DNA from: the human T2T-CHM13v2.0 reference genome, Homo sapiens
Reading direction: 5' to 3' (one strand)
Assembly (NCBI RefSeq): GCF_009914755.1
Contig: NC_060932.1
DNA: 64,000 nucleotides
Shown here one piece after another: positions 1 to 16,760 of the stretch (within the stretch, counting starts at the first letter, position 1; each line of letters starts with the position of its first letter). The notes beneath the pieces are model-generated. The model saw only the letters and a program-made list of their open reading frames with translations, was not told the DNA's origin and ran no database searches. The position numbers and the translations under genes are program-made.

Positions 1-2510
1 ATCCGAAAACAGCTGGGTGGCAGTCTTCAACTTCAGTTCAGTGAAATAATTATTGTGTCAACTGCTGGAAGTTTTCTTTTCTTTGAAACCAAAACTTACA
101 GACCTTCAGAACATGAGATTACAGGGGTAGGAAGCAAGTATTTTGTTAGTTGAACACTAGGGATCAACTAGGGATAATAAGAGGTATTACTCCCATTTCT
201 ACCTCTTGATAAATTGGCCTTTGAATACTGGAAATGGGAGAAACTCACCACTAATTTAGACCACATACACCCTCCTGGAGAACAATGACTCGGCACTGTA
301 AGGTATTGCAACCTAGCTGACATTGTAACTGTGTCTCCAAAAGACCATTCCACTATTCTATCAAACTCAAACTAGCTGCTTCAGGATAATAGGGAACATG
401 GTGAAAACAACAAATTCCATGAGCATGAGCCCCTTTCATATACTATGAAGTGAATTCTGCAATCTGAAGCAATGCTGTATGGGATACCTTGATGGTGCAT
501 GAGACATTTCATAAGAATGTGGACGGTAATTTTTCTAGAAGCATTGCATGCAGTAGGCAAATCCATATCCATAGTGTTTATTACAATAAAAACTAAGTGT
601 TGCCCTTCTATGATAAAAGTGGTCCAATTCAGTGTACCTATCACCAAGTAGCTGTCTGATCATTCAGGGGAATGGTGCCATATCAGAAAATTTTGTTGTT
701 TTCTATTGAAAGCAATAGAAAACAACAGTCTTTCTATTCAAGGCTGGCTGAGCTGTAGTGGCTGTACACAGGACGATCTAGGTGCAGAAGTTCACACTGC
801 TGCCAATGTGCTTAACTGCCAATCTTGCTGCCATCACCATTCTGTTCATAAGCCCACTAGTCAATGACAGGAGATGCTAGGAAAAGGGGCTGATACCCAC
901 AAAACACGCCATACTGTCCACTTAATTATTAAAATTCTATTCTGCTGAGGCCATCCGCAAGGTATGTAGATATCTTCAAGTTTGCTACCCAATCAGAGCA
1001 GCCTATCCACATACTTTTCTCTCAGACATCCTTGTCATCAATCGTCCAATCATGTTTTCTCTAAGTCCATATCCAAGCAGCTAAATCACTTGTTGATTTG
1101 AGTGCTGCTATTCCTGCCCAAATTTACGACTTAGTGGGTCAACAAATGCCCAATTTATGATGAATAACTCAGAATGAATAGTAAATTGGTGGCCCATGAT
1201 TAAGCCTTCAGTCTCTAGTAAGGCCCAGCAGCAACCCCAAAACTGTTTACCAAAAGGAGAATAGTTATTTGCAGAAGATGCTAGGAATTAACTCCAGTAT
1301 CCTAGGGGCTTGTGCTATGATTAACCTATAGGGGCCTGCCAACGTTTCAAACACCATCTGTATTTGCCACCAACCCTCAGAGCACCACCAAATCTGCTAG
1401 ATCATATGGTCCACATAGAAGGGCAGCTTTGACTGATAAATAATGTGATGTAAAATTAACTATTATTAATAAATATTATGCTAGATGATAAATACATAAG
1501 AAAGGGAAGACAAAATATATTATAAAAATCATATGTTTGTGTGTGAATACATATATTCATATAAAAAATACTCATAACAATTAGAGTCCACATTTCTGTA
1601 AGTGGACATGTGATCCTAGCTGGTATTTATAATTACCCCAGTATCCACAACCTACTGTAGAGCCTTCTTCTCCTTGTTCTGGGACCCTCTCAAAAGCAGC
1701 ACAACTTGGCATTGTGCCTCTTTTTGATTATAGGAGAAACCAGGTGCAAGAGCTGATCCTTCACCTTCGATAGGATATCTCAACATGTTCTACACCAGTA
1801 GACTCCTAGAAATTTTACTGAAGTGAAAGATCCCTAAATTTTTGTTATATCGATTTTTCATTCTCTGACGTACTCTGTCTTACTAATATGTCTATAGTAA
1901 TTTCTACTTCTTGCTTATTAGTTCCCATAAGCATACAATCATCAATATAAGAAGCCAGTGTGGTCTCTTGTGGAAGGGAAGATGATTGAGCCCTCTGTGG
2001 ACTAAGCTGTAACATGATAATGAGGAATTTATACGCCCATGAGATAGGACAGTGAAGATGTGTTGCTGCCTTCACCAGCTATATCAAACTACTTCTAATT
2101 ATATTTACTAACAGGCATCTAGAAAAAATATGTGCCAGCTCAACAGCTGCATATCAGGTACCAGGGGAAGTATTAATTTTCTCAAGCAATGAAACAGCAT
2201 CTTGAACAGAAGCTGCATTTGGATTCACCACCCAGTTAAATTAAGGATAATCTATACTCATTCTCCAAGATTCATTTGTTTCTGCACATGCCAAATATGC
2301 AAGTTGAAGGATGGTGGTGCTAATCTCTACAATCCCTCCAGAAATTTGGTAGTGCTTTTCATTAGCTATTTTCCTAGATAGAAGCAGATCTAGGTGGCTT
2401 CCACTTTCCTACCATAATAGTCTTCACTCCACAGATCAAGGAACCAATATGAGAAATCTGCCAGTTGCTGCATATGTCTTTTTCAATTATGCATTTCAGA
2501 ACCACAGGAT
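1..2510 (-). mobile_element. Decayed ERV-L (HERV-L-like) internal region: RT, tether/RNase H, integrase and start of dUTPase; runs off the window start
   Basis: Minus-strand translations resemble ERV-L pol: 'TLASYIDDCMLMG..QEV' (RT YxDD, ORF 1845-2075), 'TSVKFLGV', 'VKAALLCGPYDLAD', 'ACNASRKITVH..HHQGIPYSIASD' (integrase, ORF 381-647) and dUTPase-like '..RLPPSCF' at 1-170. Many stops and frameshifts. Confidence 0.9.
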
Positions 2511-2942
2511 GGATTCAGAAACTCACTTTACATAAAGTGAAAATGGTTTAAATGATAATTCTTGCTCTCATGTGCTTGAATCTTTCTAGAGACATGGATA
2601 AATCAAGTAAAACTATATTAATGTTTATACTAAGACTCAATTGGCATTATGTTGTAGTATTTATCACTGGATATTGGGTAAGCCTGTGAACACACAAATA
2701 GACAGCATTTCTGAAGCACTGGTGAAAAATATTAACTGTAATGTATGTTATTTATATATAGTAGTAGTCTTCTATTTAGGTTTATACAAACACTCACCTC
2801 TAATGCTGTCAAAGTATTCTCCAGTATTGTCATGAAGGTACATGCATTATTAGAGGAACATTATAGTTTTCTCTAAAACAATATAGCATCTGTTCAAATC
2901 ATACTGGTAATTTACTATTTGACAGACATATGGAAATCTGTC

Positions 2943-3312
2943 TGCATTAGTATGTTTCATACTGCTACAAATAACTGCCTAAAACTGGGTAATTTATAAA
3001 GGAAAGAGGTTTAACTGACTCACAGTTCAGCATAGCTGGGGAGGCCTCAGGATACTTGCAATCATGGCAGAAGGAGAAGCAAACATGTCCTTCTTCACAT
3101 TGCAGCAGCAAGGAGAAGTGCCAAGCAAAAGAGGGAAAAGCCCCTTATAAAACCATCAGATCTTGGGAGAACTCTTACTATCACGAGAACAGCATGGAGG
3201 TAACTGCCCTGATGATTCAATTACCTCCCACTGGGTCCCTCCACAAAACATGGAGATTATGGGATTACAATTCAAGATGAGATTTGGGTGGGAACACAGT
3301 CAAACCATATGA
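2943..3312 (-). mobile_element. THE1 (MaLR) solo LTR, THE1B/C-like
   Basis: Reverse complement of the THE1 pattern: 'ctgggtaatttataaaggaaagaggtttaa', 'ccccttataaaaccatcagatct', ending 'caaaccatatga'. Confidence 0.9.
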
Positions 3313-3514
3313 CTGCTAATAGAGCAAACTATCACCAAATGGATGTTTTCAATATTGTGTGGAAATCTGAATTCAACCAAAGCTAATTTGTAAAATTGAC
3401 AATATTAGATAAATATGTTAATTAAATTTTATTTTATACTTGTCACATGTGAAACACTATGCTTTATGCTTTTTATGTATTATCTTATTTGTGTCACACA
3501 GAACCTGTTAGTTT

Positions 3515-3660
3515 AAAACTATTTTTATCCCAATCATGTTGAGGAAACTCTGATTCAGATAGTTATGATAATATGCCACAAATTATACATCAATTGTTGA
3601 CTTAAACACAGGATTTGAAACCAGGTACTATACTGGAACAATCTTTTCTCTTAGTCGCTA
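3515..3660 (-). mobile_element. MIR fragment
   Basis: 'gaggaaactctgattcaga' and 'ggatttgaaaccagg' MIR core-like motifs; highly diverged. Confidence 0.55.
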
Positions 3661-3919
3661 CAGTAAATTAGGAGGGATGTCATCCAATGGAGGAGTTAGG
3701 CTTGTTCCTTGTGGAAGTTGTCAATAGCCAATATTTCATCAATTACCAAACAATATGTTTTGACTATAGCACTTACATAGAGCCCCTGGTATCCACATGA
3801 CTCACTCCCACGTTTATTTCAAATTTTAGCTTAAATTCTCATTCACAACGAGGCAAACGTTATTGCTTTATGTAATATCCTAGATTTTCTTTAGAAGGCA
3901 AGCTGGTTGTGGTTAAGGT

Positions 3920-4090
3920 TTTGTTTTATTTCATTTTTCTTTTTATTCTCCCCCCACCATGTATTCTTTCACTTTTTTTCCTGCTTCTCCCTTTTACCTT
4001 CCTCTTTCTCCTCTCTCCCTCTCTCTCCCTCTCTTCTTTCCTCTCCTTTCTTATCTCTCTGTCTTTCTGTCTGCCTTTCCTTTTTCTCCA
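3920..4090. repeat. CT-rich low-complexity tract
   Basis: Nearly pure polypyrimidine; explains the F/L/S-rich ORFs at 3907 and 3909. Confidence 0.9.
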
Positions 4091-6259
4091 CTGTTGTACT
4101 GCCAGTATCTATAGCATTCTCTGTAACCTGATCCTTAATATATTATTTGTTAAATAAAAGACTAGATTTTTCATTAAACTGTCACTTTTATTTTAAAATT
4201 TTTAATGGAAATATAAAGTGCCAAAACATTTAGAGGTCATCCGGCAAGGCAGCAATTGGCAGGTATTTATTGTAGTTTTGCCTCTAAAACATTGTGGGGA
4301 TTCCTGTTAAAGACTGAATTCTGTGTTCCCACAGATCCTAAGCCAGTGAGCATGTTACATTCCATTACTACAAAGTGGAAAGGTTCTTCATTGCAGATTG
4401 GCATTTATGTATTCCTCATTACTCTCTGGATATACTCAGTCCTGGAAAACATTCTTTATATTCTGTTGTAATATTTGAATATGCTTTCAAAATATACCCA
4501 ATAACATACTATTATTTCCTTTATATATAAAAAAATAAGCATCAGATGTTAGGTAATATTCAAACTTTCATCAGTGAAGCTGTTTGCTATTATCTTCATA
4601 TATTATCTTTAATAAAATAATCAGGATATTTTGACCATGAAATGAGATATTCAGGTTATTCACAATTCTAAGACTGTCATTTAGACATATAATGTAAACC
4701 AAAACAAAATCACTTATCATTAAAAAGGTTTTGTCATTACCTGTGTCATAAATGTGTACTTTGAATTTCTGTTTTCAGAAACTCATAGGAGTCCAATAAT
4801 ATGTAACAATTAACATACTTCATTATGTCAAATCAAGATATTTTACTCAATTTTAATTTCTTTTTAAAACAAACTGAAAAAACACAGTGATTGTGAAGTG
4901 GTCATATTTGTTTTCATTATTAATTTTTTCCAAATTGAATAAATAAAAATGGAACATTGTGCCAGCACATTTTTTCTGTGACTGAAGAAAACATATATTA
5001 GCATTTAAGACACTCGTGTATTGTATGCATGAAGATTGTATCATGATTCACAAAATAACTATTAAGTGAAAAAATATTTTTCTGACTATCACTGAATATA
5101 GACAAAAGAATAAAACAAAAACATAAGCACATTTACTCCTTATATGAACTACTGATATGCCAAGGGTTAATTTATATTCTCTAAATTGGTGTTTTTGTCC
5201 GAGTGCAAATTAAATAATCTTCTAGCATACATATATAATAATAGTTGCTTTTCCATATTAGATGCATTAATATTACATTAAGCCTAACTGTCATTTGATG
5301 GAGAAATTTTGCCAACAGCTAGTCTGCTTTCTCTGTGAGAATAACATTTTCATTAATATTGTATCTGATTTTACTAACTCCTCAGAAGTAGTTGGATTCA
5401 GACGTTGTTTTTGCTACAAGTGGGAAAACTTTGAATGATGTTTCTGTTCCAGGGCATTCTCTTGCCTTTAGCAACAAAATTAATCATTTTTGTATGGGTG
5501 AGCATTATTTTGTTTTTCTTCTGGAAAATACACTATTTGTTTCCTCGAGTATTCTCTTTGCATTATATTAAAAAGAATCTCAACTTTGATGCTTCATGAT
5601 GCTATTTGAAGATTCATAAAAGACAACCTACTGGGTAATAAGATAGTGTAAGCTCAATAAATTTCATATTTCAGATAGTCATCTTCATACTTTCAATACT
5701 CACTTTTTTTGTTTATTTTAGTTATTTGTTCAAAGCCATCACAGTGACAGATTCACTTCCCTCAGCACTCAAGATAAAATGTTCTATAGTAAAGCTTCGT
5801 TTACTCCTTAATTTAATAACACCATCTTGAATTATGTATCTATTTTATCATTATTTCATCCTTTCATTAATGGATTATAAAATGTTGGCTTAATTGTGTT
5901 ATAACTCAGAAATAGAAATAAAAACCAAACATTTAACAAACTTAAAGCTAGAAAAAATAGAAAAAAGTGATCTAAAGTAAAAAACAATTGCTAACTAAAT
6001 ATTAGTGGAACCAAACTAATGATATTTATTTTTCATGCACAAATACATTTACATTCGTGGTTAAAAAACTAATTGTGGAATTTCAGTAAAAGTAATAATT
6101 TAACATACTTTTTTCAATTTATGAAATGTTTATTAATGAAATTGCTTTATTGCTTTTGTCTACCAAATAATGTGAGAGCCATAATTAGACAAGAAAATTA
6201 CAGTGATTCTCAGACTAGATTTTTCAATTATTATAGTCATGTTGTCCTAGTCGTGAATA

Positions 6260-8010
6260 TTTTTATCTTAATCCATTAAAGCACATGAAATCAAATTAAC
6301 TAAAGATATTTATTAAGCCACATTTACACTAGGCATTGCAACTGGATCTTGTGGTGCAAAGATAAATAAGTGTCTTCTAGGTAAACATGGTGAGCACTTA
6401 GATTTACCCCCATGACCTTTTAAAACCACATCAAATTGATTGAAAAGGGATAAAAAGAATATATACTTATAATAAAAAAACAGCATGGGATGGAAGATAA
6501 CACTAATTACAGTTTGGATACTAGAAGACAGATTGGCAAGAAGAAATGAAATAGGGGTTTCTGCAGGATTACATAAAATCCAACAGTTCAGGAAGTAAAG
6601 AAATAATCTGATTGATACCATAGCAGTACAAGAAAGATTGGGAGGTGAAGATAAAGGATTGGGAGGTGGAGATAAAGTATTGGAAATCTGGCGTTTTAAG
6701 TGACACTAAAAAAGAAACTTGCTTTAAAACCTGTACAAAAAGTAATTAGATCATATCCTGCTTCTTGCTGCACAGATATCTTCCCCTAATCTCTCCAACG
6801 AAAGATCAGAGATTTAATCTCTAAAGGAATTGAGACTTTGAAGTTGGAAACACCAAAAATGACTGAAGGGAGAAGCACTGCATTAAATACTGAAACACCC
6901 ACTCAGCTTTGTTCTGCCACTAAGCTAGAATGTTGGCAAGCAGGTTTATACCCCAGCTCTGGAAATTAGAAAACTCCTGTCTCAGAAAGCTAACTATCCC
7001 ATGTGGAAAAAACAATCAACCATAAAAGCAATAAAGATTTTTCACAATAAGGCAGTTCTGATGGATCCACTATCATAAATCATCCATGGTCCAGGCATAC
7101 CAATTACTGAAACACGAAAACTTTAGTAACCTTTGTAACGCCTTATTAAACGTATAAAACATTCAATGAAGAACAAATATTTTAATTTTAAAAAATGAAA
7201 AAGAAAAATTATATCTGAGGGAAGTAAAAAAAAACTCAGGTTGTAGAAGAAAACTATGTAGTGAGAAAAGCAGCATTTAGTATACTTGATCAAACAAAGC
7301 TTAGGATAGAAACTCCAAAGATCGAACTATTAAACTATTTTCATGTAACTTAATGCTAATTCAGATTAAAGCTCAAGTGTACTTACCAAAGTACAAAAAT
7401 GCCCAGGTGTCAATGACATAGATTCCACAATGTCGAACATCCAATCAAATATTACCAGTCATGTAATAAAGCAGGTAAATAAACCTAATAATGTGGGAAA
7501 AAATCAATATAAAGATACCAAAATATGACCCAGATGATAAAATTAGTAAAGAAGAACATTAAAAATGTTGTTATAACTGTAATGTGATTATATTAGTAAA
7601 ACTTTATTATAATTATATTTCAATTATTTTATAGAAGTAAAAATTAGCATAATAATTAGAGAGATGGAAGTTATAAAAAAAAGACCCAAGTTAAGATACT
7701 AGAGAAAAAATATACTATACCTGTTATGAAAACACACTGGAGGAGACTGCTATCACAGTAGATATTTCAGAAGAATGAATAGTGAACTTGATATAGCAAC
7801 CAAACTGTTCAAAACAAGACAAAAGAAGAAAAAAATGGAGATAAACAGATTATCAATAGTTGTGGGGCAACATCAATCAGCCTAATATTCATGTAACTGG
7901 AGTCCCTGAAGGAAAGGAGATGGACTGAAAAAAATATATATTTAAAGAAATAATGGGTGAGGATTTTTCAATTTTAATTCTGACTATATCCAAGAAAATC
8001 AACAATTATC
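6260..8010 (+). mobile_element. Old L1M 5' region and ORF1 remnant
   Basis: A-rich strand with L1 ORF1-like segments 'gaagaatgaatagtgaacttga' and 'cctaatattcatgtaactggagtccctgaagga'. 5' boundary uncertain. Confidence 0.65.
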
Positions 8011-8014
8011 ACTA

Positions 8015-9680
<1,666 letters not shown>

Positions 9681-9684
9681 GATA

Positions 9685-10390
<706 letters not shown>

Positions 10391-10734
10391 CCACTTCATA
10401 TTTCTTGAAATGGACAGGAAATTGATGTGATTTTCAGATTCTGTGAGTTGGTTTTCAGAAAGTTATTTAGTGACTTTAGTATTTTATGGAATGTTTTTTT
10501 AAAAAATTATAAAAATTGCATAACACTCAATTCAATGTTTCTAATATATTTATAGTTATGTTACTATAACAGCAGTATAACTTCAAAGTATTTTCATGTG
10601 AGGACCAGAGAGTCATTAATCGATTATCTGTCTCTATTGCTTTGTATATTCCTTTTATTTTATTTTTGTCTCTTTTTTTAACTGCATTGTTGTGGCATGA
10701 TTAAAATATTGTATAAATGGAATTATACGTTGAA

Positions 10735-11830
10735 ATAGAAACATAAGGAAAATGTTTCCTTATAATTAAAGTACTTAAAATCATTCTTTCTTTTTTTTTT
10801 GGAGATGGAGTCCCTCTCTATCGCCCAGGCTGGAGTCCAGTGGCTCAATCTTGGCTTACTGGAACCTCTGCCTCCTGGGTTCAAGAGATTCTCCTACCTC
10901 AGCCTCCTGAGCAGCTAGGACTACAGGTATTTACCACCATGCCTGGCTAATTTTTGTATTTTTAGAACAGATGAGGTTTCACCATGTTTGCCAGGCTAGT
11001 CTCGAACTCCTGACCTCCTGCCAGTCTGGTCTTGAACTCCTGACCTGATCCCACCTGGCTCACCCTCCCAAAGTGCTGGGATTACAAGTGTGAGACACTT
11101 CATCCCGCAAAATCGATCTTAAAAGCAGCCAGGGGGAGTAGGGATACCTAATAGATAATAAGGATGACAACAGATTCCTGCTCAGAAACAACACAAGCCA
11201 AAAGACAATGGAGCAACATCTTTAAATTCCTAAAGACAAAATAAAAATCCTGCCAGTCTACAGTTAGATATCTAGAAAAATGTCCTCAAATACAAAGATG
11301 AAATACTTTTATCAGGCTACAAAAGCTGAAAGATTAAGAATTATATTATATTAATATATTATAATTATGATAGCAGACCAGCATTACAAAAAATATTAAA
11401 GGAAGTCATAGAAGCAGAAAAAAATTATACCAGATATAAATATATATCTACACATAAAAATGAAAAAATTCGATGTTTATTTTTGTGCCCATTAAACCTC
11501 AGTGTGGTTGTATTTATATAAAAAGTAAAGGAGTGAGAGTATAAGTGTACCAGAAAATGTATATTAAATATGACTAGCACCAGAATTTGTTTTAAAAACT
11601 GGAAACAGTGCAACTGTCCATTATCAGTAAAATGGATAAATATATTGGAGTGTGTTCATAAAATTAATCTACTTTAATATAACATGGATGAATTTTAAAA
11701 CATAATGTAACACAAATGATGCTACCAACAAAATATACATACATTTTCCTTTCATCTACATGAAGTCCAAAACTGTAAAAAATGTTATGGTTTTCGAAGT
11801 CAAAATAATAGTTACATTTGGAGTTTTTGT
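10735..11830 (+). mobile_element. Old L1M ORF1 3' part and L1M 3'-end fragments (split by an Alu)
   Basis: 'tcttaaaagcagccag', 'aagccaaaagacaatggagcaacatctttaaa', and later 'aacatggatgaattttaaaacataatg'. Confidence 0.65.
10789..11108 (-). mobile_element. AluS/J with an internal 30-bp tandem duplication
   Basis: Reverse Alu with polyT head; near-TSD aaaatcattctt / aaaatcgatctt; duplicated segment 10989-11048. Confidence 0.9.
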
Positions 11831-11987
11831 TGTTGCTGTTGTTTGTTTGTTTTTTGAGAAAGAATCTTGTGCAGTTGCGTGATCATAGCTCACAGCTCAC
11901 TGTAACCTTGAACTTCTGAGCTCAAGATATTCTCCCAACTCAGCTTCCCAAGTAGCTAGGACTACAGGTGTGTGCCACTTGGCCCAA
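11825..11987 (-). mobile_element. Partial AluJ/monomer
   Basis: 'gctcactgtaaccttgaacttctgagctcaag..cttcccaagtagctaggactacagg' after a (GTT/GTTT)n tail. Confidence 0.75.
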
Positions 11988-12489
11988 TTGAGTTTCTGGA
12001 GTGTTGGGTGTTCTTCATACCCCAGGTGTACATTATAAAGTGTATTTGCTGTGTACTGATTATTGTGCCTTTTTTACATTTTTATTACGACTAAATAGTT
12101 TAAAGGGTTCTTTTTTAAGTATTTGAACAAGATCAAGCGGAAGTAAATGTCCTGGGAAGGGTAACACTAAATCCTTATTTTCTATGATATAATGTAAATG
12201 AATAATATGACAACTATTTTTTAAAAGCACTGCTAATTTTTAGAAATACACGTGCAAATATCTAAACTAATAGTTAAACAATTGCAAACCTTTTACTTCT
12301 CTGGAATGCAATAGGGAAGGGGCAAGGTGAAACAGTGACATGTTTTTAAATATAATCTATCTAATATATTTTGACTTTTAATATCAGCAATATGAGAGAT
12401 TACATATTTTTAAAAATAAGTGCTTTGTTCTCAAGAAACTCAAAATATATGGGGAAATAAATATGCTTTCCATTTCTTCAAAATAGTTT

Positions 12490-12650
12490 TCTTTATATAT
12501 TTATTCATTTTCTCCCCTCTATAAAATGTAAACTACATTAGAGCAGGAACTCTATATTGTTCTTTTGTGTGTAAAACTCAGAAAGATATCTAGCATACAA
12601 TGTCACTTTATAAATACTTGTGAAAATAATACATAAGTAAATGCATTAAT
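12490..12650 (+). mobile_element. L2 3' end fragment
   Basis: 'aatgtaaactacattagagcaggaac...tctagcataca...ataaatacttgtgaa'. Confidence 0.55.
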
Positions 12651-14141
12651 GATAGATATCAGCATGTAAATTAAGGGAAAATTCATGGCATGGCAATCTA
12701 GGGAAAATGTAGGTTAAAATAATTGAAAAGCAAAGGTTAAGTTTAGAGGCTTAGGTAGAGAATAATCAATGTGGGGCATTGTGAATGTATCCAACCAAGG
12801 AATCAATGAACTCACAATTACATGTGTTTTTATCTTCTTGAGCAATCTTGACAACATTGGCCTCATTGACTACTCTTGGCTTTTGCTAATTTTTTCATCT
12901 TTCTATTATTTTATTATCTAAGGGTCAATAATTCCTCAGATTTAATTTGTCCAAGTGTTTTTCAGTGACACAAAATAACTTCCCGTCAGAATACAACTGG
13001 CACCATAAGATCACTACAGCAACAGACATTTCTCGATTTTTAAAATTATTTCTATCATTCCATTCCCTTCACCACGTTTACATTTGCAGAACCAATGTGT
13101 GAGTCAGATATGGCTATTATGCTAACATTACAACTTTATTAAGCCCCTGCTTCCTTCAGCAATTCAACTTTTTTACCACTGCATGTGGATTACACTTACA
13201 TTTGGGATTACATAAAATAATTCTCAAATGAGTAACATAAGTGCAGATATTCACATTCATTAATAAATGCAAAAGTTTAATGATTAAAAGTTGTTTATTA
13301 ATATTTCTTAGATGATATCCCCAAGGTCTACTAATTATACTTGAATTTAATTATGGACAAAAATCTGCTGTGGGGCAACTAAGCATCAGAAGAACAGCTA
13401 TTTTGATATATGTTTTTGATACTAAGCTCTGTGGTCAGTCACATGCCAAACTGTATGATTTGAAATTCTAACTTCATATTTAAATTGTATTATGCCATTA
13501 TATATATGAGGGAGATCAATAAAATATGACATAATGAAAACTATATGCTACTCACCCTGATATTTCCTAATTGCAAATATAGAATCTTAATTTACATTAG
13601 CATAAATTTTTTAGATATGATGAAAAATAGTTCATCATATCGTATTTATATTTGGAAAAGTTTGCACTAGAGATAGAAAAAAAAACTGAAAAATATCTAA
13701 ACCCACAGTAAAGACAAATTTTGTGCCAAATAGGGACTTGACATAAACACTATATTCTTGAGTTTATGTCTGTGTAATTTAGTCAATTTAGTCTAACATA
13801 TATTTATTAAGCACTCACAAGATTTAGGGCTTATTAAATACATGCCAATCAACAGAAAACAAAGCAAAATAGACTAGAAAATCATATTTTTTCCTCCTAG
13901 ATTTGATGTTTGCAGTTATTGATAACTAACTAGTCAATTTAATTTATTTTATTTTTCCATTACTCTTTTGTCTTGTGTCATGCAATCATCTAATAAATTT
14001 TCATAAAAGTTTGTAATTGTTTAACAACTTGACCTGGTTTTTAATTATTCTTCAGAAGCTTTAAAAATCTCATCACATATTTTTATAAAAATAATCAGAA
14101 AATTTTTTAAGTACCATGAATTGGTAAGAAATTTTCATTAA

Positions 14142-14629
<488 letters not shown>

Positions 14630-15219
14630 AAATATAGAGGTCTTCATAGTCATGGATTTAACCAAAATTAAACATAGCTCAGTATTTAGCTTGTATTTAT
14701 AGAGTAAACAAAATAGACAGTATCTAACACAGCTTTTGATTTTCCAACAATTTCACCTGAACATTTCTTGTCTAGTATACTATTCTACTGATCTCCTTCA
14801 AATAACTATGCTTCTACACTGATTAGATTTAACTGTTACATTTATTTATCTTTGCTTATTGAGTTTCCTTTCTTGAGTATATGGTTTCCTTACCTTTACA
14901 AGATGCAGCAAATGTGAGAAAATATTCCTTAACCACTCAAGTTACACATGAATTCTTTTTCTAAGCGGCAATTTGTATTTGTTAGAACGTTATCACTTGT
15001 TCAAAAAAATTAATTGCATAATCATGGTATGTCTATATATTTTAGGTTCCTGATTCTTTGAAGCCAGGTTCTGGTTTCATTTATTTAATAAAAATGTGTC
15101 ATATATCATTTTAGCCCCTTTGAACTTTTTCAGAAACCTATCTCTACCAATTTCTTGACTATAAAACTAATCAATCTTTCATGTCATTTCTATATAAAGG
15201 AACCCTACATAATGTATTC

Positions 15220-15529
<310 letters not shown>

Positions 15530-15639
15530 ATAATATATTCTTTCTCTTTATTTCATAATTTATATTTGTCTCTATATGGATTGCTATCTTCAAAATAATC
15601 GATTTTGGGTCTTCTACATTCTTTCTCTTATTATTGGTA

Positions 15640-16020
15640 GAGGCTTTAATTTCCATTCATAGGCTTGTTGCCAACTTATATCTCCTGAGCTTCAAAAGTT
15701 ATATTTAAAGACCAATTACCTTCTGGAGAGCTCTGAATGGCTATCACACGGACAGATAGGCTGCATCTGAAATAAACACAATTATCACCCTCTCTCTCTG
15801 GTTGGCTCCCTTTTTCTATTCTCTATCTTGCTAAGGTAATTCACGTGGACCAAAGATTAGATTTTAATTGTCACTTCACTCTCCACATATAATCAAGTTC
15901 CAAGGGCTTTAGATGCAATATCATGGATAGCTCTCAAATTTTCTCACTTATTCATCCCTCGTCCATCACCTTCGCATAGTCTCACATCTTTACTGCCTTC
16001 TCTGCTACCAGTTCATTTGC
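15640..16020 (+). mobile_element. L2 fragment
   Basis: 'tctcctgagcttca', 'ctccacatataatcaa' and pyrimidine-rich L2-like texture; highly diverged. Confidence 0.5.
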
Positions 16021-16049
16021 TGTTGGTTTGGCCCAGTATTTTTCTCATT

Positions 16050-16760
16050 TTTTGTTTTTAAACTCAAATTTTAGAATAATATTAGATTTATACAAAAGTT
16101 GCAAAGATACTGTGGAGTATTCTTACACCTTCCACGTGGTTTTAAGAAAGTTAACATCTTACAAAATCTTGGCACATAATTTCTTAGTTAAAACGAAAAA
16201 AATTCACATTGACACTTGGCTATTAACTGCAGACTTTAATAGGATTTCACACATTTTTAAAATTAATGCCATCTTTTTCTTCCAGGATACCAACCAGGGT
16301 AGCACATTAAATTTAGCCTTCAGGTATTTTTAGCCTATGCTGGTTTGTGAGTGTCTCAGATGGTTTGTCCTTGTTTATCATAATGTTGGCAGTTGTAAAA
16401 ATTACTGGTGGAGTATATTTTTCAAATTTCCATCAAGTCTTTGAGGTTTTGTCATGATTAGACTTGAGTATGTTTCAAGAGATCACTACAACATAGGTAA
16501 AATGGTCTTCTTATTGTAACTTTATCAAAAGGCAAATGACATCAAGCTGAATTGTCACTAGTGGTGCTAACCTTGATCACTTGATTAAGATTCTATCTGC
16601 CAAATCTTGTTTTGTTTTTGTTTTTTTCCATACTCTATTCTTTGGAAACTAGTCACTAAATTCAGCCTCCGCTCTAGAGGATAAGAATTAAGCTTCATCT
16701 CCTAGAAAAGAGAATATCTATACATATTATTTGGAATTATATATTTTTTTAAATGTAACC
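16050..16760 (-). mobile_element. L1MC-like 3' end
   Basis: 'ttagatttatacaaaagttgcaaagata', 'taaccttgatcacttgattaag', 'tatctatacatattatttggaatt'. Confidence 0.7.

Noticed and set aside
3907-4157. Overlapping hydrophobic ORFs resembling membrane peptides (also 29978-30370 and 16912-17177)
   Set aside because: They are translations of CT/GA low-complexity tracts.
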